A stretch of DNA of 18,397 nt from Nitrospirota bacterium. Its GTDB lineage: Bacteria > Nitrospirota > JACRHJ01. The notes beneath the pieces were generated by a model. That model was not told the origin of the DNA. It made no database searches and worked only from the letters and a program-made list of their open reading frames with translations. Shown here piece after piece: positions 9,768 to 17,529 of the stretch. The translations under genes and the position numbers were made by a program. Location: positions 1 to 18,397 of the forward strand of contig CAVTDB010000007.1 of NCBI GenBank assembly GCA_963733375.1. The letters run 5' to 3'. Each line of letters opens with the position of its first letter. Position 1 is the first letter of the stretch.

Positions 9768-10028
9768 TTAGGAAATAACCCCCAGGACTTCTTCCTCTTT
9801 AACGATGAGGTAGTCCTCGTTGTCGATGCTTATCTTGCTGCCGGAATATTTGTCGAAGAGGATAATGTCGCCCACTTTGACCTCCTTGACCTCCTTGCCG
9901 ACCGCCTCGACTTTGCCCCTCTGGGGTTTTTCCTTAGCTGCGTCCGGTATGAATAACCCTCCGGCCGTCCTCTCCACTTCCTCCATGTACTTCACGAAAA
10001 TCCTGTCACCTAATGGCTTGAAACCCAT
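9768..10028 (-). CDS. groS: Co-chaperonin GroES (short, 86 aa)
   Basis: It contains KPLGDRI, the mobile loop TAGGLFIPDAAKEKP and VKVGD, and lies directly upstream of groEL. Confidence 0.97.
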   Translation of the reverse strand: MGFKPLGDRIFVKYMEEVERTAGGLFIPDAAKEKPQRGKVEAVGKEVKEVKVGDIILFDKYSGSKISIDNEDYLIVKEEEVLGVIS

Positions 10029-10082
10029 GATTCATTCTCCTTTCCTTTAAGATATTAAGGCATTGGAAGCCCTAAATTTTTA

Positions 10083-10109
10083 TTAGCACTCATTTAAGCT
10101 GAGTGCTAA
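10083..10109. promoter_or_regulatory. CIRCE element (HrcA operator)
   Basis: Exact consensus TTAGCACTC-N9(ATTTAAGCT)-GAGTGCTAA upstream of groES. Confidence 0.97.
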
Positions 10110-10120
10110 CGATTGAACAA

Positions 10121-10148
10121 AATATACCATGCTTTTTCCAAAAATCAA
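10121..10148 (-). promoter_or_regulatory. Putative sigma70 promoter of groESL
   Basis: The minus strand reads TTGATT, a 16-bp spacer ending in TGG (extended -10), then TATATT, immediately upstream of CIRCE. Confidence 0.6.
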
Positions 10149-10179
10149 CAAAATTTTTCATTAAAGTATAACAGAAAAT

Positions 10180-10208
10180 AAAAAAAGGGGAGCTTTTCAG
10201 CTCCCCTT
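10180..10208 (-). terminator. Intrinsic terminator after ctpA
   Basis: On the minus strand AAGGGGAGCT-GAAA-AGCTCCCCTT is followed by a long U-tract. Confidence 0.9.
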
Positions 10209-10228
10209 AATCTCAATCAACCGCCTGC

Positions 10229-11623
10229 TTACTTCTTCTTGCCAGGCATTTTGTCCAATATAGCCAAGCCTTTCAAGAGGTCCTCAGCCCTCTGGAGCTG
10301 GTAGTCATCCTCGTCTTTTAGCTGCGCAGGCTCGGCCGGGCTCTCCGGCGTCTCGTTTATCTTCGGCTCTTTCGGCGTTGGGCCGCCTACTGAAATCTCG
10401 CCCTTTTGTTTCTTATCCATCTCCAGGTCCTGGTTTTTCAGGGTCTCGTTCCCCAGGTGGTTTTCAAGGTCTCTCTCCCGGAGCGTATGCGGGAAATCGG
10501 TTTCCCTCTTCTTGTCGCTCGCAAGTTGAGGCTGTTTCACCTCGATATCCGGCTTAATCCCGGTATTTTGTATGGAGCGGTCCTTCGGGGTGTAGTATTT
10601 TGCCGTAGTGAGCCGCAGCCCGGAGCCGTCCGAGAGGCCGATTACCGTCTGGACGGAGCCTTTGCCGAACGTTGTGGTGCCCATAATCACCGCGCGGCCC
10701 CAGTCCTGCAAACATCCCGCGACTATCTCGGAGGCTGAAGCGGAGCCTCCGTTCACCAGCACGACCATCGGCACGCTCACGCGCGGGCTGGACTGGTTGG
10801 TGAAGAACTCATCCTTCTCGCCGTTTCTGCCCTTGATGTAAACCACGAGCTTGCCCGTAGGCAGGAATTCGCCAGAGACGTCAACCGCCATATTCAAAAG
10901 CCCGCCCGGGTCGTTCCGGAGGTCTAAGATGATAGATTTTACCTTCTTCTCGTCGAACTCCTTGAGCGCCTTTTCCAGGTCCGCATCCGTCTTTTCCTGG
11001 AACTGGCTTAAGCGGACATAGCCGATCTCGTTGTCGAGTATCTTCGACTTTACGCTCTTGATAGTGATGATATCGCGGATAAGGGTGAAATCCTCGGGCT
11101 TGGCGAAACCTTCCCGCATGACGGTTATGGTGACCGGAGAGCCTTTTGCGCCCCTCATCTTGTCAACGGCCTGGGTCAGGGTCATTTCATTGGTGGGAGC
11201 GCCGTCGATCTTGACTATCTTATCCCCCGCCTTGATCCCCGCCTTATATGCCGGGGTATCCTCTATCGGGGCTATGACCGTGAGCATCCTGTCTTTTACG
11301 CCTATCTGAATCCCAAGGCCGCCGAACTCGCCCTTGGTGTCAACCTGCATCTCCTTGTATTCCTCCGGCGTCATAAAGGAGCTGTGCGGGTCGAGGTCGG
11401 CCACCATGCCCTTTATGGCCCCGTAAATCAGCGCCTTGGGCTTGACCTCTTCGACATAGTTCTTTTGAATGATAGAGAGAACCTCGGAGAAGGTCCTCAG
11501 GTTGTCGTATGTTTCGTTTGCGGCCTGGCTGTACCGCACCATCCCGGTGCCGATGATCATGCCGAGAACAAAGACTAAAACTACAATGAGCGGGGCAATC
11601 TTCCTCTTCCTGGTGAAGCTCAT
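10229..11623 (-). CDS. ctpA: Carboxyl-terminal processing protease, S41A family with PDZ domain
   Basis: It has a signal/TM N-terminus, LDPHSSF, a PDZ domain (GEFGGLGIQI), ILDLRNDPGG, catalytic SASASEIVAG and TFGKGSVQ. The SD is AGGAGG. Confidence 0.95.
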   Translation of the reverse strand: MSFTRKRKIAPLIVVLVFVLGMIIGTGMVRYSQAANETYDNLRTFSEVLSIIQKNYVEEVKPKALIYGAIKGMVADLDPHSSFMTPEEYKEMQVDTKGEFGGLGIQIGVKDRMLTVIAPIEDTPAYKAGIKAGDKIVKIDGAPTNEMTLTQAVDKMRGAKGSPVTITVMREGFAKPEDFTLIRDIITIKSVKSKILDNEIGYVRLSQFQEKTDADLEKALKEFDEKKVKSIILDLRNDPGGLLNMAVDVSGEFLPTGKLVVYIKGRNGEKDEFFTNQSSPRVSVPMVVLVNGGSASASEIVAGCLQDWGRAVIMGTTTFGKGSVQTVIGLSDGSGLRLTTAKYYTPKDRSIQNTGIKPDIEVKQPQLASDKKRETDFPHTLRERDLENHLGNETLKNQDLEMDKKQKGEISVGGPTPKEPKINETPESPAEPAQLKDEDDYQLQRAEDLLKGLAILDKMPGKKK

Positions 11624-11680
11624 TTTGGGTAAAACCTCCTGTTAAATTGGGAACACGCAAGCCTGAGCGTTCAATCGTCA

Positions 11681-11709
11681 ATTATACTACACGCTTTTTG
11701 TTCTGAAAA
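11681..11709 (-). promoter_or_regulatory. Putative promoter for ctpA
   Basis: The minus strand reads TTTTCA, a 17-bp spacer, then TATAAT (11686-11681) in the envC-ctpA gap. Confidence 0.45.
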
Positions 11710-11716
11710 GCTTTTT

Positions 11717-12877
11717 CTACTTCCTTTTAAGCCATATGAGCGGGTCTATCGCCTCCGAGCCTTTTCGAACCTCGAAATAAAGAGACGAACCGGACGGTCC
11801 GGCGTCTCCCAGCGCCGCTATCGGCTGGCCTTTATTCACCTTTTCCCCGGCCTTTACCCTGAGGTTCGTCAGGTGCGCGTAAACAGTATAATATTCCCCC
11901 CCGTGCCTTAAAATGGCTATGAGGCCCAGGCCTTTGAAAAAATTCGCGAAAGCCACCTGCCCGGCCTCCACGGCGCGGACCTCGCTCCCGGCCGGCGCCT
12001 CTATCTCAATCCCTTTTTTATATATGTAGGTATCATAAACGGGGTGTTTCTGTTTCCCGAAATAACTCACTACCGTTCCCGTTACCGGCCAGTCCAGGCC
12101 CCCTGTCAGGGCCGGGATGTTCTTCGGGAGAGGCCGGACGTTCTTCTTTGATCTGGCCTGTGCTTCCAGTTTCCGCATCAGGTCCTGCATCCGGCGGCTC
12201 TGCTCTTCCAGGTTACGCGCCATCGCCTCATAGGAACTTTTCTGTTTGCGTATAGATTCGAGAAGTTCTTTCTTGTTCTGCTCCTCTGCCTGAACCCTTA
12301 CCGCCTCGGTATCCCTGGCGACTTTTATCTTGTTGAAACTTTCTTTCTGGACGACGAGTTTCTCTTTATTTTTTGTAAGCTCGCTGATGCTTTCCTCGTA
12401 ACCCTGCACCATGCTCCGGTCCCGCTCGGAAATCGCGGTGAGATATTTATACCTGCGGAGCATTGAGCCGTAGTCCCCGGACAGAAGAAGGACCCACTCG
12501 CCTCCCGCCCGCCTGGTCTTGTACATCTCCCGGAGCCTGCCCGCTAAATCGCTTTCCTTTCCCCGGACCTTCGCGCGGTAGTTCTCCATCTCGGACTGGG
12601 TGGCGGTCATTTCCTGGCCCACCTGGCCCAGCTTCCCTTCGAGCTTCTTTACCTCCGTTTTTTTTGCCTCCAGGCTTCGGTTGATTTTTTCCAGGTCGGT
12701 CAGGACGCTCTTCTCCTGTCTCGCCGATTCCTTTACCTTCTTCTTGACCCCTTTAAGCTGTTCCTGGATTTGCTTTAATTCTTCATGGCTGGGCGTTTTT
12801 TCGGCGGCAAGAGCGGAAAAACTTGTAATTATAGAAAAAACAATTAAAAGAGCGACTATAGGTTTACGGAGAAGCAT
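11717..12877 (-). CDS. envC: Murein hydrolase activator EnvC family protein (coiled coil plus degenerate M23/LytM domain)
   Basis: A signal peptide and long coiled coil precede a C-terminal M23 domain (WPVTG, GIEI, YAHL, LYFEVR). The HxxxD and HxH zinc ligands are replaced, as in EnvC. The gene is adjacent to ctpA. Confidence 0.85.
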   Translation of the reverse strand: MLLRKPIVALLIVFSIITSFSALAAEKTPSHEELKQIQEQLKGVKKKVKESARQEKSVLTDLEKINRSLEAKKTEVKKLEGKLGQVGQEMTATQSEMENYRAKVRGKESDLAGRLREMYKTRRAGGEWVLLLSGDYGSMLRRYKYLTAISERDRSMVQGYEESISELTKNKEKLVVQKESFNKIKVARDTEAVRVQAEEQNKKELLESIRKQKSSYEAMARNLEEQSRRMQDLMRKLEAQARSKKNVRPLPKNIPALTGGLDWPVTGTVVSYFGKQKHPVYDTYIYKKGIEIEAPAGSEVRAVEAGQVAFANFFKGLGLIAILRHGGEYYTVYAHLTNLRVKAGEKVNKGQPIAALGDAGPSGSSLYFEVRKGSEAIDPLIWLKRK

Positions 12878-12883
12878 GGCGGG

Positions 12884-12912
12884 ATTTTAGCAGGGATAAA
12901 GCGCAAGGGCAA
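12884..12912 (-). promoter_or_regulatory. Putative promoter for envC, likely giving a leaderless mRNA
   Basis: The minus strand reads TTGCCC, a 17-bp spacer ending in TGC, then TAAAAT, followed by only 6 nt before the ATG. There is no SD. Confidence 0.55.
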
Positions 12913-13019
12913 GAGGGAAAGGTTTACAAAAGAGGAAAATTTTATAGGCACTTGCCGGATTGCCGTTATATAATTATCCGTATGATTATTCTACCTACGG
13001 CACAGCGAGGCTTAAAAAC

Positions 13020-13727
13020 ATGAAAAAGGCGCTTGCAATCCGTCACGTGCATTTCGAAGACTGCGGCACATTAGCCGATGTGCTTAAGGCGCGGGGGTTT
13101 GAAATTTCCTACGCCGAGGCAGGTCTTAACGACCTGAAGGGCATAGACCCCGACGCGCCGGACCTGCTCATCGGCCTTGGCGGCCCGATCAGCGTTTACG
13201 AGGCGGATATATACCCGTACATAAACGACGAGCTGGAGCTTTTCAAAAGGAGGATCGCGGCGCGGAGGCCGGTCATGGGGATATGCTTAGGCGCGCAGAT
13301 GCTCGCACACGCCCTGGGCGGAAGAGTCTATCCCGGAAAGCAGAAGGAGATAGGCTGGAAACCGTTAGAGCTGACAAAGGAGGGCGAGAACTCGCCCGTC
13401 GCCCATCTTGCGCCCGGTAATACATCCATGCTCCACTGGCACGGGGACACTTTCGACCTGCCGCCGGACGCCGTGCTCCTGGCCTCTACGGACGTGACCA
13501 GAAATCAGGTTTATAGTTATGGAGATTTTTTGCTCGCGTTTCAATGCCACCCGGAGCTGGTGCGGGCAAAGATCGAATCATGGCTGATAGGCCACGCAAG
13601 CGAGATCGCAACGTCAAAGGTGGCGACGGTCGAGGAAATCAGGCGCGACACGGAGCAGTATGGTGACGCGCTGGAAACCGCCGGCAGGAAATGTTTCGAG
13701 GAATGGCTGACAAAGCTGGGGCTGTAA
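13020..13727 (+). CDS. Class I glutamine amidotransferase (stand-alone, GMP-synthase-like GATase domain)
   Basis: It contains LGGPISVYE, the nucleophile GICLGAQ, EIGW, HWHGDTFDLP and catalytic QCHPE. The start is placed at ATG 13020 behind GAGG. Confidence 0.92.
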   Translation: MKKALAIRHVHFEDCGTLADVLKARGFEISYAEAGLNDLKGIDPDAPDLLIGLGGPISVYEADIYPYINDELELFKRRIAARRPVMGICLGAQMLAHALGGRVYPGKQKEIGWKPLELTKEGENSPVAHLAPGNTSMLHWHGDTFDLPPDAVLLASTDVTRNQVYSYGDFLLAFQCHPELVRAKIESWLIGHASEIATSKVATVEEIRRDTEQYGDALETAGRKCFEEWLTKLGL

Positions 13728-13729
13728 AA

Positions 13730-13810
13730 CGGCTCGCCCGGGGGTTGAGCTTTAAGCGGCTCGCCGGGGGTCGCGCCCTACGCAGGGCGCGACGCCGCTC
13801 GGCGCGCCCT
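13730..13810. repeat. GC-rich palindromic/REP-like element at a convergent gene junction
   Basis: The perfect hairpin GTCGCGCCCT-ACGC-AGGGCGCGAC lies at 13770-13793. The near-direct repeat CGGCTCGCC(C)GGGGGT occurs at 13730 and 13757. Confidence 0.55.
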
Positions 13811-14318
13811 TTATATATTTCAATAAAATCCCGTCCGCTTCCCCTGCGCTCATTTTTTCGCAATCGAGAACCAGTTCCGGCACCGAAGGCTCCTCGTAGG
13901 GCACGTTTATCCCGGGCACGGGCCAGCCCTTTTTTGCCTTCTCGTAAATATCTACCGGCGCCAGACCGTCTTGACGACCCTTCTCGCGCTCGATGCAGGT
14001 CTCAATCGGGCACTTAATATATATCTCATGGAAGCCCGCAATAAGCCCCCTTGCCTTGTCCCGCCAGCGGCGCAGGTGTCCCGTCGCGTCGATGATGACG
14101 TCATTGCCCGCGCGGGTCAGCACCATCGCCGCGTAAACCAGCGCCATGTACAGAAGCTCGCGCTCCTCGTCCGAATACGTCGGCTCCGGCGTGACGATTT
14201 TGCGCATCTCGTCCATCTGAAGGAGGACGATTTCCGGAAACGCCTCTTTCGCGGCAAGAGCCAGAGTGGACTTGCCGGAGCCCGGCAAGCCCGTAAGCCA
14301 GAACGCAGAACCCGGCAT
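13752..14318 (-). CDS. Adenylyl-sulfate kinase family (CysC-like) P-loop kinase
   Basis: It has the Walker A FWLTGLPGSGKSTLA, plus YSDEER, IYIKCPIETCIERE and PGINVPYEEP, all characteristic of APS kinase-like proteins. Confidence 0.85.
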   Translation of the reverse strand: MPGSAFWLTGLPGSGKSTLALAAKEAFPEIVLLQMDEMRKIVTPEPTYSDEERELLYMALVYAAMVLTRAGNDVIIDATGHLRRWRDKARGLIAGFHEIYIKCPIETCIEREKGRQDGLAPVDIYEKAKKGWPVPGINVPYEEPSVPELVLDCEKMSAGEADGILLKYIKGAPSGVAPCVGRDPRRAA

Positions 14319-14437
14319 TATTTTTTCTTCGCGGCGGCGGCCTTCTTCGCGTTCTCTATCGCCTCGCGCGTCCTGGCCTTCTGCGCCTTATCTTTCCTGT
14401 GCCTTCTCCTGTTTATTTCTCTGTTTCTCTCACGCAT
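14318..14437 (-). CDS. Small basic protein (39 aa), DUF6800-like
   Basis: The sequence is MRERNREINRRRHRKDKAQKARTREAIENAKKAAAAKKK. It has a strong GGAGGAG SD, and its TAA overlaps the kinase ATG (TAATG). It is below the ORF-track size cutoff, and the family resemblance is from memory only. Confidence 0.75.
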   Translation of the reverse strand: MRERNREINRRRHRKDKAQKARTREAIENAKKAAAAKKK

Positions 14438-14486
14438 AATGTTTTCTCCTCCAGTTAATAAAAATTCACCGCGAATGACAATCTCA

Positions 14487-14538
14487 TAACTCCCCCTTAT
14501 CCCCCTCTTATCTTAAGAGGGGGACAGAGGGGGCGTTA
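14487..14538. repeat. Long REP-like hairpin immediately after the cbiH stop
   Basis: The inner stem is TCCCCCTCTTA-TCT-TAAGAGGGGGA (14500-14524), with outer pairs CCCCCT/AGGGGG and TAAC/GTTA. There is no U-tract. Confidence 0.7.
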
Positions 14539-15346
14539 CTATATTCTTTTCCCCTTATATCCCCTGGGCGTGACGATATAGTCCAGGAAGGAGAAACTTT
14601 TAGAGTTCCCGATGATGATGATGGTCGTCATATCGACTTCTTCCACGGGGATGTCTTTCAAGCGTCGTCACCGTAATGCGCTCCCCCTCCCGCGCCGAGT
14701 CCTTCACGACTCCCACCGGCGTCCCCCCATCCCTGTGCCGCCGCACTATCTCTAACGCCTTCGCAAGGTTTTCCGGCCTGCCCTTGCTCCGGGGATTATA
14801 AAGCGAGATTACAAAATCTCCCTCGGCCGCGAGTCCCAGCCTCTTCTCTATAAGCTCCCATGGCGTGAGCAGGTCGGAGAGTGAAATTACCGCGAAATCG
14901 TGCATCAGCGGCGCTCCGAGCGAAGCCGCCGCGGAGCATACCGCAGGGACGCCGGGGATTATTTCGAGGTCGAAGGATAATCGTGTTTCTCCTTCCTTCT
15001 CCCCTCGCCCCTTGCGGGAGAGGGGCCGGGGGTGAGGGTTCTTTTCCGGCCCCTCATTCAGAAGTTCCAGCACCAGCCCCGCCATGCCGTAAATGCCGGG
15101 GTCTCCGCTGGATATCAGGGCTACGACCCGCCCCTCGGCCGCCAGACGAATAGCCTCCCGGCAGCGCTCCACTTCGGTGGTCATGCCCGTGGAGATTACT
15201 TCCTTATCCCGAAGGAGGGTCTTTGCCAGCCGGATATATGTCGAATATCCGACTACCGTATCGGATTTTTCGACGGCCTCTTTTGCCCGGACTGTCATAT
15301 CACGAAGCGACCCGGGCCCGATGCCTATTACGCTAAGGGCGCCTCT
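14539..15346 (-). CDS. cbiH: Cobalt-precorrin-3B C17-methyltransferase (CbiH/CobJ); frameshift near the 3' end, start unclear
   Basis: It contains LSVIGIGPG, VVGYSTY, ISSGDPGIYGMAG, LGAPLMHDFAVISLSDLLTPW and LYNPRS. After a +1 slip near 14657 the conserved tail VDMTTIIIIGNS...IVTPRGY continues to TAG at 14541-14539. Confidence 0.92.
15000..15038. repeat. REP-like palindrome inserted in frame in cbiH
   Basis: TCCCCTCGCCCCTTGCGGGAGAGGGGCCGGGGGTGAGGG encodes PHPRPLSRKGRG on the minus strand. It shares its layout with the 18343-18390 element. Confidence 0.75.
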
Positions 15347-16411
15347 GCCACCGCGACTGTAGCGTTCTTTGATTTTTTCTTCGGCACTAGGAGCGTGTCC
15401 GCCCCCGCCGAGACCAGCGCCGCCGGCTCGCATACTCCATATACTCCCATGTTCTTGAAAACTTTTTCAGACGGTCCCGAAGGCGTGCCCGCGCTTAAAA
15501 GCCGCCGTTTGGAAACGTACTCCACCTTAAGCCCCGCCTTCCTCGCAAACTCAGTCAGTCCAGCCTCGTCTTTCTTGTCATATATCGTCGCCAGGTTCCG
15601 CACGGAAAGCATCGAGAGACCATTTTCCATAAGCGTCCTCGTCACGAGGTTCCCTATCTCCCTTGCGCTTGTCCCCCTGTTGCATCCGATGCCGACCACA
15701 AGCACCCTGGGCCTTAAGACCGCGACCGGCCTCAGCGCAAGTTCCACGTCCTCCGGCAGGATAAACGGCGTCACCACCAGGGCGGCGTCCCGCTTCGTCT
15801 CCAGGAGCTCTTCCATCGAGTCAAGGAAGCGGAGGTTGCCGGGTATTTTATCTATCCTGCGCGAGTACAGCGCCGGGTCTATATACGACCATGCCGCGAC
15901 TTCCTCCCCGTTCACTATAGCCGCCGTCACCTTCTTCGCCTCGTTGTAATCCTCGACGACGCAGTCCAGCTCTCTGCGCGAGCGTATCCACGGCCAAAGT
16001 GCCCTGCACGTCCGAGGCGGTCGTGATTACGGCCTCTCCGCCGGTTATATCCGCCAGTGTTTCCGCGAGGTCGTTTGCGCCTCCGATATGGCCGGAGAGG
16101 AGGCTTATCACGAACCTGCCCTCTTCGTCCATCACGACCACCGCCGGGTCCTTCAGTTTATTAAGGACAAGCGGCGCGACCATCCGCACCACTATACCCG
16201 CCGCCATGATGCAGGCAATCGCCTTATACTTCGTAAATATTTTCTTTATATCTTTCGCAAGGTCGTCCGAAAGCGCGCGCACGTCCTTTTCGCCCGGCCT
16301 TAAAAATTTCTTCGGCAGGTACAGGTCCGCGCCCTCCGGGTATGCCTCCCAGATGTTTCTGGCAAGGTCGGAGCCGCCGCGCGTTATTGCTATGATGGCG
16401 AGTTTATTCAT
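15328..16411 (-). CDS. cbiG: Cobalt-precorrin-5A hydrolase CbiG (one internal frameshift near 15976)
   Basis: The N-part has MAAGIVVR, KDPAVVVMDE, SLLSGHIGGAN and VITTASD; the C-part has LVVGIGCNRG, KKDEAGL and GVYGVCEPAAL. Removing one base near 15976 joins them (TLARELDCVVEDYNEAKKVTAAIVNG). The start is ATG 16411. Confidence 0.92.
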
Positions 16412-16412
16412 T

Positions 16413-17528
16413 TTATCCAATCCCACGCCCGCCTAAAAGAACATAAATTATATATAGCGGCGCTAAAATTGCTCCCACAACGCCTTTACCGATTCCTTTT
16501 AAAAATTCTGAAGGAGAAGGATTAAGTTTATAATCATATTCATCACCTGTTGCTTTATTAATTCCATAAACCTTACCGGTTGACGCTATCCAAATAAATT
16601 CACCATCATCATAGCACCCGCTGATTTCATATCCGATAGTTTTTTCACCGTTTTTAGAGAGAGAACATTTTTTCTTCAATTTACAATTTCTGTCGAAATT
16701 CAATATTTCACCATTGGAATAATACCAGTAGCCATCCGAATCATAATCGATTAAATATTTACTTGAAAAAGGGGATTCATATGAACACGTATTGTCGAAC
16801 CTTTCCCATGTATTTACATTAATCTTGTACAAGCCAAAATCAATATAATCATCGTATCTGAACATTTTCTTAAATTTTGTTGGAGGCAAGCCTTCAATTA
16901 CTTCTTTTGTATTTTTAGAGTGATCTATTTTAATTAAAAGTAATGTACAATCGGAATCCATTTTTATCTTTGATGAATCCGATTCATTCCTTTCATAATC
17001 TGCAAGGTACCAATCAATTTCCCCGTCCTTAAGGTAACCGCAAACACTAAGAATGTTGCCATTAATTATTTCATTAACAGGTTTGGCGTAACCTCCATGG
17101 GATGAATAAATTAAATGGTATTCGCCATCGAGATTTCCCGGAATTATTGTATCGTCTTTTAATACATAGCGAGAGCGATTTAAATAGATATAATTTGTAT
17201 CCCGCGCATTGACGTATTCCGGTATCGGATATTTTCCCCCAGTTTTTCTATCAAATTTATTATCACATGCGAATAACCACTTATCTGTGAAATATGCGGC
17301 TCCTGGAAATGAACTTTCAAAACCCGATTTCCGTTTCCATATGTGAGTCTTTTTATTAAAAACAGCACAACCGTCACCTTCGGTTAAAAACCAGGTTTCA
17401 TCCCTGTGACTGGCTATCGCGTCAACCCTAAGATGATTGGAGCCATATGATCTAACGGCCCCGGAAACAGCCCCAAAAAAGATTAAAAAAGATAAAAAAG
17501 CCAGAACGATAAATAAAAATTTTCGCAT
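16413..17528 (-). CDS. Hypothetical AT-rich membrane-anchored protein (371 aa)
   Basis: This is a long ORF in AT-rich DNA. It has an N-terminal hydrophobic segment MRKFLFIVLAFLSFLIFFGAVSG and a C-terminal TM VVGAILAPLYIIYVLLGG. It is 1 nt from both cbiF and cbiG. Confidence 0.8.
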   Translation of the reverse strand: MRKFLFIVLAFLSFLIFFGAVSGAVRSYGSNHLRVDAIASHRDETWFLTEGDGCAVFNKKTHIWKRKSGFESSFPGAAYFTDKWLFACDNKFDRKTGGKYPIPEYVNARDTNYIYLNRSRYVLKDDTIIPGNLDGEYHLIYSSHGGYAKPVNEIINGNILSVCGYLKDGEIDWYLADYERNESDSSKIKMDSDCTLLLIKIDHSKNTKEVIEGLPPTKFKKMFRYDDYIDFGLYKINVNTWERFDNTCSYESPFSSKYLIDYDSDGYWYYSNGEILNFDRNCKLKKKCSLSKNGEKTIGYEISGCYDDGEFIWIASTGKVYGINKATGDEYDYKLNPSPSEFLKGIGKGVVGAILAPLYIIYVLLGGRGIG

Positions 17529-17529
17529 A

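Noticed and set aside
13770-13793. GTCGCGCCCTACGCAGGGCGCG resembles the 5' part of a type I-C CRISPR repeat
   Set aside because: It is a single copy, lacks the TGGATTGAAAC tail, and has no spacers or cas genes.
14539-16411. Calling cbiG and cbiH pseudogenes
   Set aside because: Each has only one single-base insertion, with conserved sequence on both sides. This is the same error type seen elsewhere in the window and cannot be separated from sequencing error without reads.
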